DNA of 59,711 nt, counting the filler, from Jimgerdemannia flammicorona (lineage: Eukaryota): the NCBI GenBank assembly GCA_003990765.1. It is 3 parts of 3 records of this genome, joined end to end, with 100 filler letters (N's around TTAATTAATTAA, not from the genome) between each part and the next. Parts side by side here need not be neighbours in the genome. Positions count along the whole stretch, not along the records: positions 1 to 19,839 come from RBNJ01001834.1; 2 more parts are not named here. One strand, given 5' to 3'. Numbering within the stretch: position 1 is the stretch's first letter; the number at the start of each line of letters is the position of its first letter. Under the pieces are notes generated by a model that worked only from the letters and a program-made list of their open reading frames with translations, ran no database searches and was not told where the DNA came from. Made by a program: the position numbers and the translations under genes. Positions 1 to 12,391 of the stretch are shown here, piece by piece.

Positions 1-68
1 TTTTTTATAGTCATTTGGACTCCGCCTTTATTACCAGTCTATGAATAAGTATACATCATCACCACCCA

Positions 69-3000
69 CTATCCAATTCCCATAGGGGAGCACCTCCCCA
101 CCACTTCATGAATAAAGATCACCCTCTCACCAACTACTCCAACTCTCCCCCCACTTTGTCCACAAATTTTCTCCACCAAGCAGTGCCTCCAATCACCCTG
201 CAGCCCTCAACCAAGCCACCAGCCTGTTAAGGTATCTTCCATAAGCCTATGCCACTGCAACAACTGGTCCCCCAAGCCCTATCTCCTCCCATCCTCAAAA
301 ACAAATAGTCAGTGACTGGCCAGCCCCACCCAAATAGCTAAAGCTCAGCCCAAGATAAGCCACTCCTTACCTATCCCCCCTACTAATTGATCCCTCAAGT
401 CCTCCCACTCTCCCATACTTCATCTCCCCTATGCCTTACCCCCAAGTGATCCCCAATCGCCTGCCAAAAGTCCCCCAATACCTTACACTCTCCTAGCCAA
501 TGTTCTGGCATCTGTACATAACCCCCTTCCTGCCCTACATTATGGCACTCCTCACAGTCAAAGCAACCCCCTATGATAAGGTGCTCTGAGTGAAAGTTGA
601 GCATTACATTCCTCTGCAGCATGTGCCACCAGACCACCCAGTACTTTGGCAGTATCCACTTTCTCACTATGGCACTCTAGGTCCAAACACTATACCAGTT
701 CCACTCTTCACTAATTCCAACTCCTTGCCAACTGCTAGGCCACAGATCCTGGCCTGGTCCCCTTTGGCATTCCATTCTATTACCAATGTCGAACTCAATT
801 AAAGGAGTGCCACCCAGCAGTATACAATCTCATCTCCACATCGCTGGGTCCCAAGCTACCTCCCCTTCATTCCCCTACCAACAAATTCCAATGTGGTGCA
901 CCCCCTCCGCTATCCCTCACCAAAATCCTTTATATTACAGTTGTTCAGTATCCCGAAGTCCAACCAATGAGAGGAGATTGCCAGTTGAGCCTCTTAGCAA
1001 TGACTGCCTCTCTCAGATCTTCTGTAGTAGGGGAACCCAACCACCTCCTCTCAACTCCACTGCCCTCTTTAGCCACTATGCTCTCAAGCAGTGTAGCTGT
1101 TTTGGGAAGTCAACCAGCCCAAGACAACCTCTTGCCACTGGTAAGGACAAAGTCTTCCAACCAATCTGACTCTGCCTACTAGCCCAAATCCATCCCTTCA
1201 CCAACTTCATCAATCTCTTCACCACCCAGGCTGGGAAGTTCAGATAATAAGCCAGATATCACAACTTTGGCAGCCAGTAGACATTCAAAATCAAGACCCA
1301 CCCTGCCAGAGAGAAGTGTCTTCCCCCCCAACCCCACAGGGCCTCCTCTCAGATTCCAATCCTCTGCTCCCACCAAAGCCTGGGCAGAATGGACTCATAG
1401 ACTGACAAATAGATGCCCAAGTACTGCACTGCCTCACTGGTGGGGACAATTGTTCCTATAACCTTCCCTCCCACCAGGCCATTGCCTAGCACCATCGTTT
1501 CACACTTGTATCAATTCAGCTTAGCCCCAGAGTTCTTCTCATACTACTCTACTGTCTTCTTGAGCTCCTTGACATCAGCGATCGATCCCAAACCAACCAC
1601 CATGTCATCTACAAAGGCCCCAACTTTCCACCAATGTCAAAGACAGAGAGCCCCACTATCCTCTGCCTAATTCTGTCCATAAGGGGTTCTAGGGAAAGAG
1701 CATACAAAATGGGAGACAGTGGGTCCCCCTGGGGCACTCCCCTACCCAAGGGGAATGCTACCCCTCTATATCCATTACACATGAGTGCAGCCCTACTCCC
1801 TTCCAGTGGCTGATTATTGCTGACTGGAATTGGCATGGAACCCCCATTCTATCCAATACTTTTGCCAGCCAGACTCATCACATCTGGTCATAAGCCTTCT
1901 CCTGGTCCAAGAAGACTAGACACCCATTCAGTCTACAGGCCCTTGCCCCTTCAATAACTCCATGTACCCAGGCTGTGCCATCCCTGATGAGCCGACCACC
2001 CACAAATCCCCTCTGCTCAACACCCATGACTTACTGGGCCACCTTCTGCAGTCTTGCAACCACCACCTTGGTCACCAACTTTCTGTCTATATCTAGCAAC
2101 ATTATCAGTTACCAGTTCTTCCAATTCTCCTGCCTTCCTTTGTTCTTATAAAGCAGCATCACCAGCCCAAGATCCTGCTCCCCCACCCACCTCCCTGTCT
2201 GTAGGATAAAGTCGCACAATGCTGTCATCTCTCCTATCACTCCTGAGACTCCAACCATTCACTTCCAGAAGTCCCAGGGCAGACCATCCTCCCCAGGTGC
2301 CATACCTGGCATCATCGCAGCAAGAACCTGGTGGATCTCATCCTCCTGTACAGATATCACCAGGTCACCTAGCCTCTCAACTTGTAGTGGGTACCAATCC
2401 TCCAATATTTGGTCAATGGCAGCAGTATTCACCCCACTCTCCTCCTCACTCCACAATCCACTCCATCACTCCTTCAGTGATCTAAGAATGTCCTGTACAC
2501 CATGCACTAGTATACTATCTGAGTCAAGCACCTCTTTCCACTATTGCTGGACCCTTCTTGCCCTAAGGGCCCTTGTAAGAAGCCTCTCTCCTTCCTCCAG
2601 ATCCTACCAATGAAGCCGCACCACCAAGCTCTGTACCCTTGCCTCTTCCTCTTCCCGCAGTACCTGTTGTAGTTCCCCAACCTCCATCTTCACCCTCATT
2701 ACTCTCCAATCATCTTCTCTCTCCAACATTATCAGCCTCGCCCACTCCTCCAGGAGTCTAGTCAATCTAGTAGAAGCCCAATGCAATCTTCGCCTTCTTT
2801 GCTTCCCTGCCTCCTTGCCAGCCTCACTCCAGTAAATCTTGGCCATCTCCTTCATCCTCATCCACCAAACCCCAACTGAGGCACCTTTCCGCCACCAGTT
2901 CTCCATTCTCAGCTGAATGTCTTTAGCCCACTCATCCCACCGGGTCTTATCATCTAACAAAGAGGAATTAAGGTGCCAATGTCCAGGCCCATCCCCACTT

Positions 3001-3712
3001 TCCCCAAAGCACCCCTGTCCCAAAAGCCCCCAGTGATCCAACTATGGACACCATTCGACCTCCAGTGACTTCCAAACATCTAGGTCCCAGCAACTGGCCA
3101 TCAGAATCTAGTTGATTCTTGTTCCCAGGCCTTCTGCCCAATGTATATAAACCCTCTTATCCCCCCAGCACTCTCTACCAGCGTCTACCAATGCACTTAG
3201 TCTTTCTACTTCCTCCCACACCACCAGTCCTCCACTCCTGCTCTCAGCATCTCGTTCGCCATCTGTTCTATCCATCAGTATATCCTGAACCATATTGAAA
3301 TCTCTTCCAAGTATATCCACCCCAGCCTCTGCAAGGATCCCACTCTCCTGTAGACCTTTCACCCAATCTACATGCTCACTCCATACAGCAGGGCAGTAAT
3401 AGGAGCCAACTGTAACCAGCTCCCAGCCTGCATGAATCCACTCACCCCAGACCAGTCTCTCCTCCCAGCTCCTCACATCCTGTATCTCCCCTCTGCCTTT
3501 CTGAACCAAAATCCCAACCTTGCCCTTCCAAATCACCACACCTCCCCATTTCTTCATCCATTCCATCTTATCAGAATTATCCTCACACCTGACATCCTAT
3601 AAGAGGAAGAGATCAGCCTCCAATCCCTTCATCCAAGTAAAAATGTTCCTACGTCAAGCAGCACCCTGTAACCCATTCACATTTAAAGAAAAAATGTGGT
3701 TGTACTATTCAT
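69..3712 (-). pseudogene. LINE ORF2 (endonuclease + reverse transcriptase + Zn finger), many stops
   Basis: ATG at 3712 reads MNSTTTFFSLNVNG. ORF-track fragments 3108-3566, 2604-3041, 2259-2456, 1609-1836 and 395-667 are collinear pieces. Stops are mostly consistent with TGG>TAG/TGA and CAA/CAG>TAA/TAG. Confidence 0.88.
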
Positions 3713-3742
3713 AAAGAAATATATTATGTTATCAATCAATCT

Positions 3743-5767
3743 CTACTGCTCCATGCTCATCTCCTCCTGCACCATATCCAGATTATGTTCCACAGCCACC
3801 TCCTTCTCTTCCGCCCTCTGAGTCTCCAATCCAGCCAGCAGTTCATTCATCTCCCCATCTGCCTTCTCCTCAAACTCCTCACAGTATTCTAGGCAGGCCT
3901 CCTGCCAGAGCTGCAATCTATGATGCTTGTTCCAGCAGTATTCAGCTCTCTCCCCAGCAATGACTGCCATCTCTGCCTCTCTCTCCTTATCCACCTCATA
4001 CTCTTCCTCCTCCAGATACACCGCAAGAATTTCTGCCTTCAATGCCTTCATTACTCCATCCCCCTGCAGTATTCTCGCCCAATGCTCATCACTCATCACT
4101 TGCAAGTCTACCTCCCCCAACTCTTCCGCTGCCAGGTTATTCATCATCTGGCACATCCAAAGTAAGTTCCCCACCTCCTTTCTACCCAGAGTTGCCAGCC
4201 TCCCTCCATCCAACATTGTGGTGTCAGCTCCAGCACTTGCAGACTCATCCCATACCTCTGGGACATCCACCAGTTTCTTCTCTCCCACTGCCACCACCTG
4301 TCCCCCATACACTACCTCTGGAACTCTAAATTGCACCCTCTGGGCCCCCCTCATTGGCACATCCTCCACCACCCTATTTCAGAAAGCCAGGCCTCACCTG
4401 ATAAGAGGAGTAGGAGTAGGGGAGCCCTCCCAGTCCTTCTCCCAAACCTCCAGTATACCATCAGCATACAGATCATTATTAGGCTTTTCCTTATCCTCCC
4501 CTACCTCCTTCCCAGCCTTCCCTTCTCTCTCGCCAGCCCAGATACTTGCTTTGGCTCCCCCTGTGCCCTTCACCTTGCTTGCATCCTCCAGTGGTCTGTT
4601 ATCCAGCTTGGCCAGCAGCTCTTTCTGTCTCTTACACCTCTGAGCCCTTTCCCACTGCTCCTTGTTCACTTGAATCCTCTTTCCATCCGCCACCTCCAAG
4701 CATGTTGACTCCACAAAAGCCTCCCAAGCCTTCGCTCGCTGCTCTACAGCACCACCCAACTCTTCTAGCACTTCCAGTAAATCCTCCTCCTCCTCCTCAC
4801 TTCCCTTCACCCTTGTTACCTTGTATAAGATTACTCTCCAGACCATTACCAAAGGCCAGTCCCTTGCCTTCCTAGTAGCTTCCTTCCCAGCCAGCTGAAT
4901 CCTCACATCCACATCACCAGTTCTGAGTGAGGTCCCTTCCCAGACCCTAAATCTAATATCCACCACCTCTCTATATTCAGCCATGACTTCCTCAACTCTC
5001 CTTCTTGTCTCCACCACCATCACTATGAGCACTCCTTTCACCAGTAGTTGGACCACCCTGGGATCCCACTTCAGGCAACATACCATCAGAACACACACCT
5101 CTCCAACCACCAATCCAACCTTCAGTGCCTCCTCTAGTGGCGCCACCTCCTCAAAACCCACCTCCACTCCCTCCAGTCCCTTCAAAAACTTCACTGACAC
5201 AGCTTCTGCCACCTGCTTAGTGATGAGCCCCAGCACCATTTTCACTATCACCACTAAGCCCCGGAAGCACAGTGTAACTGCAAACACCGAGATTGATTTT
5301 TTGAGCAATGGGACCACCACCAGGCCCATCATGCTATCTGCCAAATTCCCTTGTCTTCTAAGCCTCAGCCACTCAGCCTCGCCATTAGCCATCACATCTG
5401 GATTTTTTTCCAAATTGGCAGTCCCATTGCCATCAGCAGTCACACTCTCCCCAGCTGTTACTCCCCCAGCTCTACTACCCCCCCTTCCAAGGGCTGCTCC
5501 CCCACACACTGTTGTCTTCTCGGTCTCCTTGCCTCTCCTCAGCCAGCCCTCCAGCCCTGGTGCCTGCTGTCTCCCCTTCATCATCTCCACAAAGCTCACC
5601 CTCCCAGATCCTTGGCCTCTGCCACTACTTCCACCCCTTCTATATCCACCCACCAGCAGCCCCCTCATGCCCCCCCCCAGGCCTGAGCCCCTCCCCACCT
5701 GCTGCTAGTCAAAAGGGCTTGGGCCACCCTGCCCAGTATGCACCTCAGATTGCCTGTCAGTCGCCAT
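3743..5767 (-). pseudogene. LINE ORF1 (nucleic-acid-binding/coiled-coil), interrupted
   Basis: ATG at 5767 is in frame with ORFs 4394-5698 and 3743-4372. Gly/Arg-rich N-terminus and Glu-rich C-terminus. Clearly homologous to ORF 43864-45138. Confidence 0.75.
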
Positions 5768-5879
5768 GTTGTTAGTCTCTTTTCTCCAAAAATGATGTTG
5801 TAAGTGCTTTCCAAAGGTTGTGTAATCTGAATAGTACTAGAGAAAGATGCAAATTCATAGATCTCTAACAAACACACTT

Positions 5880-7420
5880 AGAACTAAATTATTTTTTCAT
5901 GATGATATTAAATCTATTAAGTAGAATAATATATTAACTATACTCTAAAGAAAGTTCTCATAATTACTAAGGAGTAAGAAGATCTCATCTAACAAAAATA
6001 TCAGAAAGCTTATTAAGAACAAATAAATATAAAAGAAAGGCTGCAAAAAGACTAATACTGATTCCACCTTAGGATATAAGTCAGAGACATTCTCAGAAGA
6101 TATAATATCTGTCAAAAGTATTAAAAAAAGAAGAACTATCAAGCACAACTATAATCAATCTCACTACCTATCTATATCTTTCAAAGATAAAGAGTAGATA
6201 TAATTAAAATTTTATCAATAATACTAAAAAGAAATAAATATATTTAATATTTATAGAATATTTGACCAAATGGCCTAAAGTTTTTTCAATTAAAATTACA
6301 GATATTCTGACTATTATTAATCTCTTTTATAGTTTTAAAATTTAATATAAACTTCTAGAAAAACTTATCTCAGATGGCAGAATAGAATTAGTAAATAAGT
6401 TGATTACAACTTATATATGAATTTATAAGATCTATCTAAAAAAGACTACATATATTATATTACTCTCAGAATAATAAAATGACAGAATGAATAAATCAGA
6501 CCATTAAGAAGGAACTTGTTAGAGTTAATTCTACTAATTAGAATATCTACTTATCTGAGATTCTATAGAAAATTCAGAATATCTCTACTATTTTTTACAA
6601 ATAAAAGTTATTCAAAATAATGTTTACTAAAAAAAAAAATCAGAACTATTGACCATGAGTATCTTTGGAGAACTTCTTGATAAAGTATAACAATTATAAA
6701 ATCAGATCTAATCTTATACAAGAAAAATAGGAGAATTATAAGATTAAGATTGAAGATCAAGTTCTTATTTAAAGAAATATTAGAGAAATAAGTATCTATA
6801 TAAGTAGCATAAATAGATGTATTCTGAGAACTTCAGTATATATCAATTGACTTAAGATATATCTATTACTCTTACAATGACTCAGAGAATTGACCAGCAT
6901 TTACTCTTATTCTCAGCTCTTTCCAAACCCTACTAGTTTCCCTATCTTAGTTCTGTAAAACTGATGGAAACTATCTCTAACAGATTTAAATATATCAGAA
7001 GATCCTCACTATAGCCCAATAGTTGCTGTAAGTCTACTAACTACAGGCTTACTATGCTATTGATGAATAGTTACAAGACCTTTCAGCTCCAGAACAGGTC
7101 TATATCAGGAATACTACAGACCTATTATGAAAAAATACTATTACTACAGACAGACTCTATATAATATATAAGCAAAATATTGGTGTACTGACTCAGGTCC
7201 AGTTTCATCTAGGTGATATATAGAAGATGGGCTCAGCCACCTATTAGAGTATTATCAGCATTATTGAGATTCTGTTCTCAGAAGAAGAAGAAGACTGCTT
7301 TAGAAGATAAGGAGTATTTGCCATCTGCAGGGTGGCATGGATGACTTGCATTTTGATATATTTTTTTGAATTTTTTTCTCAAAATTTTGTAAACAGATCA
7401 ATATATTGGAGGGTGGAATA
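5880..7420 (+). mobile_element. Heavily mutated Ty3/Gypsy integrase and 3' region relic
   Basis: 5945-6560 aligns by eye with the reverse complement of the integrase at 32380-32990 (e.g. LTKWPKxF, ELISDG, NQTIKKELVRVN). AT-rich and stop-ridden. Purine tract ggagggtggaa near 7408. Confidence 0.7.
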
Positions 7421-7756
7421 CTACCAGTTAGTCAATAGCAAAGATATTGTTTAACTCGGCGGATAGGACGATCAGCTTCAAGTCTTGCTTGGCGGAGATG
7501 TGTGTAAGCAAGCTGGAAATTATTTCGGTCAAGAGAAAAAAGGATTTAAGAGCGGGACGGGCTCTCTTTGTGAAAACTGACATGTATGGGATGTGATAGT
7601 AGAATAATAGTATTATTTTTATACACGTGATATTGGTTGAATCCCAAGTATTATTTTGGATGCTCCGTCTTCCCCTCTTTTATGGATCTCAAGTGCCAAT
7701 AATATTATAATCGCTCATTTGTAAAATGTGTACCGAATACATGATTCCTAATGTAC

Positions 7757-7910
7757 TGTATGCACTCTAGGACCGTGAGTTGTATGCAACTCTAGGACTC
7801 TAGGACCGTGAGTTGTATGCAACTCTAGGACTCTAGGACCGTGAGTTGTATGCAACTCTAGGACTCTAGGACCGTGAGTTGTATATACGCAACTCTAGGA
7901 CTCTAGGGCC
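7757..7910. repeat. Tandem repeat, about 4 copies of a 33-bp unit actctaggaccgtgagttgtatgcaactctagg
   Basis: Units are directly visible. Each contains the inverted repeat gagttg-tatg-caactc. Confidence 0.9.
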
Positions 7911-7924
7911 GCGTACAGACGGAT

Positions 7925-8990
7925 CCAAAGCCGGTATTTGGTTGCGCCGATCGCATGACGCAAATCGCATGACGACACAAAGCGGCGTTGAGAAACAGGG
8001 TTCGGTCCAGCGCCATAGATAGTAAGAATCTACGGTCTAAATCGGAATAAATCTAATCTGGAATAAAAATAAAAAAATTAATAAACAACCGCCGCTGTAA
8101 TCTATAGAGCAACAAAATCCAATAATCGGGTATTCTGCTATCTGTCAATTTGGATATTGCTTCGGTGATTGTCGTATGTCCTTCGCCAAGGCGTTATACC
8201 TAGCAAACATCATTGATGCTCACAAACAATACCTCTTCAACGACTAAACCTCCGTTGTTACACAAACGTACTATCGTACAAACGTCGTCTATCTCTGTAA
8301 GGTTTTGATGGCGGCTGCTGAAAATAATTTTGATCTTAGCTCTATTTATTTGACAAATGCTAAAATAATAAGTGTCGGCGACTGCAAATCTCGACTCGAT
8401 ATAAACAACCTTGCATAGCCAATCTCCCGAAGGTCCGAAGGTCGGCCAGGTGGCGTAGGCTTAAGTGCCTTGTTCCTTTTTTGTCGTCGATCCAAATTTT
8501 TGATCGTGTCCATCCAATCTTATCGATCCACGATTTGAAGTTTTGACCCTGATGGCGTGCCATTGGTTCTTCTACGATTTCACACTCAAGAAATCACTTT
8601 TAATTAATTATTGTCCAGACCCAAGGCCGGGGTATTTGTTTGCTTGCATGACAACACGAAGCCCAATGCAGGTGGGCGTTGAGAAACGGGATTTGGTCCA
8701 GTCGTAGGGATTTAAAGAATCTACGTCTAAATCGGAATACTTGGGTACAATCCGCAGCACGCGCCAAAATCGCAACTGCAGCCATAATACGTACATCAGC
8801 AAAATCCAATAATCAAGTATTCCGCTATTTGTCGATTTGGATGTTGCTTCGATTGTTGGCATATGTCCGTCGCTAATGTGCTATACCACTGATGCCCGCC
8901 AACGCAACCTCGCCGACGCCTTGTTACTCTAACGTACAAACGTCCTCTATCTCTGTAAGGTTTTGGTGGCGGCTGCTGAAAATAATTTTG
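7925..8990 (+). repeat. Diverged direct duplication of about 370-400 bp (7925-8332 and 8621-8990)
   Basis: Shared blocks in the same order: ggtatttg, ggcgttgagaaac, aagaatctacg, caaaatccaataatc, tctatctctgtaaggttttg.tggcggctgctgaaaataattttg. Confidence 0.85.
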
Positions 8991-9418
8991 GCACGAGGAC
9001 AGCGCTGCTAATAATAATAACGACATGGTAAATCTTGCAAATCTCCCGTCCCCCCAACAAGATCAATAAGCTAATTACATTAGAAAGTCAAGCTCTGTCT
9101 TCTTGTTTCTTGTTGCATCGAAGTTCGATCTCTGGTTGATCTCGTATATGTCGATCATGTTGACTGGAGAATACATGGAATTTCGGAACACTTTTGCTCG
9201 ATACCATGTTAAATCGAATAGCCTAGGGATTCTAGGATATAGATATAGATTTTGCAGGGGTGTTATATTTATTTTTATATGCATGAATGTTTATGTCTTA
9301 CCATGTTATATTTAACTTCTATTGTCTGATCGAAAATAACGAGCTCTTCACCAAAAATATTCGCAATAAAAATACACTTCTACACATCCAACAACGTCAC
9401 GGCCTTCTTCTGAAAACA

Positions 9419-9425
9419 TATAAAA
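9419..9425 (+). promoter_or_regulatory. TATA box of the secreted SH3b-like gene
   Basis: TATAAAA about 65 bp upstream of the ATG, followed by a CA-rich 5' UTR (actaca-ATG). Confidence 0.6.
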
Positions 9426-9486
9426 GGCGGAAGAAAACGCTGAGACCTAAAACATCACACCCTCAAACTAACAAACCTCCACTACA

Positions 9487-10369
9487 ATGAATTCCTTCGC
9501 TTGGTTCTGTGCCTTCGTCTTGATTGCCGCCAGTATGGTCAATGCCATCAGCTGCCCCTCCGGTCAATACCCGACCACCGTAGTGGCCAAAATTTACCCA
9601 CAGCCCCAAACTAGCGGTTCACCAATAGGCACAATCCCCAAGAATACCTGTGTTGCTATCGCGTGCCAATATCCAGGCCAGGCAGCCAGCGACGGCAATG
9701 TGTAATCATCCTATAAAATATTGTCACATATGATTCCTTTCATTCACTCGCTCCAACTGACAAAACTCTTCCTTTCCATATAGCTGGTGGGATAAAGTCA
9801 CCTATAATGGGGTTACAGGCTATGCTTCCGACAGCATGTTCAAGTATGTTTTGTGGTTGCGCATGCTTTCTGTTTATGTGTACAATCATTCCGTCTCCAT
9901 TTCCTAATGCATCTTGAACCTCTCCGCATAGCACCGGCCCCTCCAACCCCACCCCGGGTATTCCTCGCTGCTGCATCAACACCTTCAAATCAACCGGAAG
10001 CATCAACGTTTACCAAAACCCGGACCCTAATTCAAACGTAACTGGCAGTTATCCGAACGGCACTTGTGTTGATCTCATATGCCAAACGCAAGGCAAAAAT
10101 TTCAATGGCAACACGTAATGATTCTATCAGATATTATCGCCTATGATTCATTGCATTTACTCGCTCCCACTGACCAAACTCTTTCCTTTCATATAGATAT
10201 TGGGACAAGACCGCTAAAGGCTATATGTCTAACTATTATATCGAGTACGTTTTGCGAGTGTGCACGCTTTTTGCTTCCAAAATATCCCGGCCCCACGCTC
10301 TAAACAATTTCTTCAAACTCGCACAGCTCCGCTGGCCGTACCGTTATTCCGGGTCTTGCTACCTGCTAG
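9487..10369 (+). CDS. Small secreted Cys-containing protein (182 aa) with two tandem bacterial SH3b-like domains; exons 9487-9701, 9784-9843, 9932-10114, 10197-10244, 10327-10369
   Basis: Four GT-AG introns join into an open 549-nt frame. Signal peptide MNSFAWFCAFVLIAASMVNA. Domain 1: ...GTIPKNTCVAIACQYPG...WWDKVTYNGVTGYASDSMFNTG...PGIPRC. Domain 2: ...GSYPNGTCVDLICQTQG...YWDKTAKGYMSNYYIDS...PGLATC*. The V-x-I-x-CQ-x-x-G...WDK...GYxSD pattern matches SH3-like cell-wall-binding modules of actinobacterial proteins and fungal muramidases. Confidence 0.85.
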
Positions 10370-11420
10370 GTCAGGAGTCAAATAGGAATGACCTATCCTT
10401 GTGGTGGAGGTAACTGCCACAGACCTACGTGCGGCGGCAATTTAGGGGAGCAATGATTTTGGATTCATTTGTAAAGCTCTGCGCAAACGTGCGATAAAGA
10501 AGCAATAAATTATATATATTATAAATGTCAATAATCAGCTAAACCCTCTCCAAAGCCACTATTTATGATGGGAGAGCATGTGAATATTTCCAGAAATGAG
10601 CACGTTAGCCGCCAACGACTAGCGCCATACTTCTTTTCGCTCGTCAACATCGGATCTAATCAACCTGCAAAGTGACTTTCTGGACCTTTCGATTCGAATT
10701 CGGACCACTAATACATAGGACTGATATCAGTTTTTTTTATATTTTATTTTATTTTATTTTATTTTTTGACTTCTCTCCGCAATACCCCTGTCGTTGCAAT
10801 TCGCAAACTGGTGGCTACTGATTTCGTAGAATCTCGTAACAGAATGGTAGAGCACCTGCCTTTGCTCTCAGGCTTGGTCATGCACTTCTGCGAAGTCAAG
10901 ATGTAAACTACCTAGATTACAAGTAAAATGGGAAGCGGAGGGTGTGAAAGAATGAACCCAGTATTGTGTAGAGGCGCAAATAGAGCATTGCGTAAAGGGA
11001 AAGGAACGAAAAGCGAAAATACGAGACCTTTGGCGCCGATTTCTAAAGTTCTACGCGTTTTATTATAATTAGTGATCATTAAAGTCACTAAAATGGAAAT
11101 TCAGAAGATGCTGATTGGATGAACTTATCACTATCTTAATTCTAATTCCTAACTAAGGCGAACTGTAACCAGCCCAATTGTATCTGAGATCATTCACCTT
11201 TGCAGAGAACTGAGAACTAGAGACAAGGCAATTTCGGAAAGTCAGCAAAGGTTGTTAAAGGCATATTAGGATTATCAAGGTACATGTCATGTTTGACAAC
11301 ATACTAAGAGAATCGAAGAATTCTTATTAGAAATCCGATATGAAAATTTCCAGTACATTCCAAACGATTCTGGTGTGTAAGTCGTTTGTTTTAACGAGTT
11401 AATATCGTTTTCTGAATGTT

Positions 11421-11700
11421 CTAGTCAATACACACGGTATCGCAACTGCCCCACATAAATTGATACATGGTGTCAGTGAAGGCCGTGTCCTCGGCCAGTG
11501 CGCGTTTTCCTTCGGGGGTGCGGTAGAGGTCGTATGTGAAGCATTTGGAAAATTCCGCGGTTTTTATGCAGAGCTGGCCGGCGCGGACAGGCCTGCATGA
11601 GAAAAGGGTACATAGACGTAATGTCGTACTATTCAGCAGGGCCTTCATACTTTTTCAGCAATAGAGCGTGGGCCTCATTGATGCCACTTGGTACTCGGAA
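11421..11700 (-). pseudogene. Orphan coding-like exon fragment(s), product unknown
   Basis: A putative intron (about 11593-11650, gtatga...tgcag) joins GINEAHALLLK to KPVRAGQLCIKTAEFSKCFTYDLYRTPEGKRALAEDTAFTDTMYQFMWGSCDT with codon-like GC3. No start or complete model was found. Confidence 0.3.
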
Positions 11701-12391
11701 CGGGACGTAAAAACGTGATTTGCGTTGATTTGGTAACGATCTTCTAGATCAAGCAGCTTAGCGACTGATGCCGTTTTTTTTTATATTTATTATTGACTAC
11801 GTCCGATCCGGGTTTCATCGGGAAGTCCATCCCCGCTCTGACCGGGACGACTCGGAACGTCCCGTTCCGAGCACTAATGCCCACGCCGCAGCTGGCGATA
11901 ATGATACGTTGGAAGTCACTGTTGTTGGAGGCGAAGAAGCGCAGGGCGGCATCTACGCTTGCAGCGCGTCGACTTCGTGTACGAGCTGCGCGAACGTCTC
12001 TTGCAAGGGGCCGCGACATCTACGATACCTTGGACGTCGCCTACGAAATACAAGAGCGGTCATTTTTCGACTGAAGCGTCGTTGACCCATAGAAACGGCG
12101 CGGGGCTCAATGTTGGTGGCAGGTAGTAGTGGCCACGCGTTTGGCACATGAGGCTGAGGCAACAATGATGTCACCTGCAACGTGGGTGCCGACGGCGCTC
12201 ATGAGAGCTACAGGTCTTCATCCAGGCGGAGAAATTTCTACAGGCGGTCTGGGTATATATATATTCACGCCTCTCTCCTTCATTCCCACGCCATGACATA
12301 CACTATATTGCAATGACTTTCTGCAATGACGAAACCTGAGTGCCTCGCAGTAGTTGGTAATCTAGGTTGACCTATGCAGAGCACTATATTA

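Larger units (their letters stand above)
1..5877 (-). mobile_element. Near full-length non-LTR retrotransposon (LINE, L1/Tx1-like), degenerate; copy 1
   Basis: T-run at the window start is the poly(A) tail, preceded on the sense strand by AATAAA. ORF2 has an APE N-terminus (FSLNVNG, GRDFN), RT motifs (LLDIDxKL, LDQEKAYD, GVPQGDPLSP, FVDD) and a C-terminal CxxC...H...C. ORF1 lies upstream. The 5' boundary is approximate. Confidence 0.92.

Noticed and set aside
3927..5708. Long Ser/Thr/Pro-rich plus-strand ORFs (also 22696-23445 and 43895-45178)
   Set aside because: Antisense shadows of the G-rich LINE ORFs.
7757..7910. CRISPR-like palindromic repeat array
   Set aside because: No unique spacers, no cas genes, eukaryotic context.
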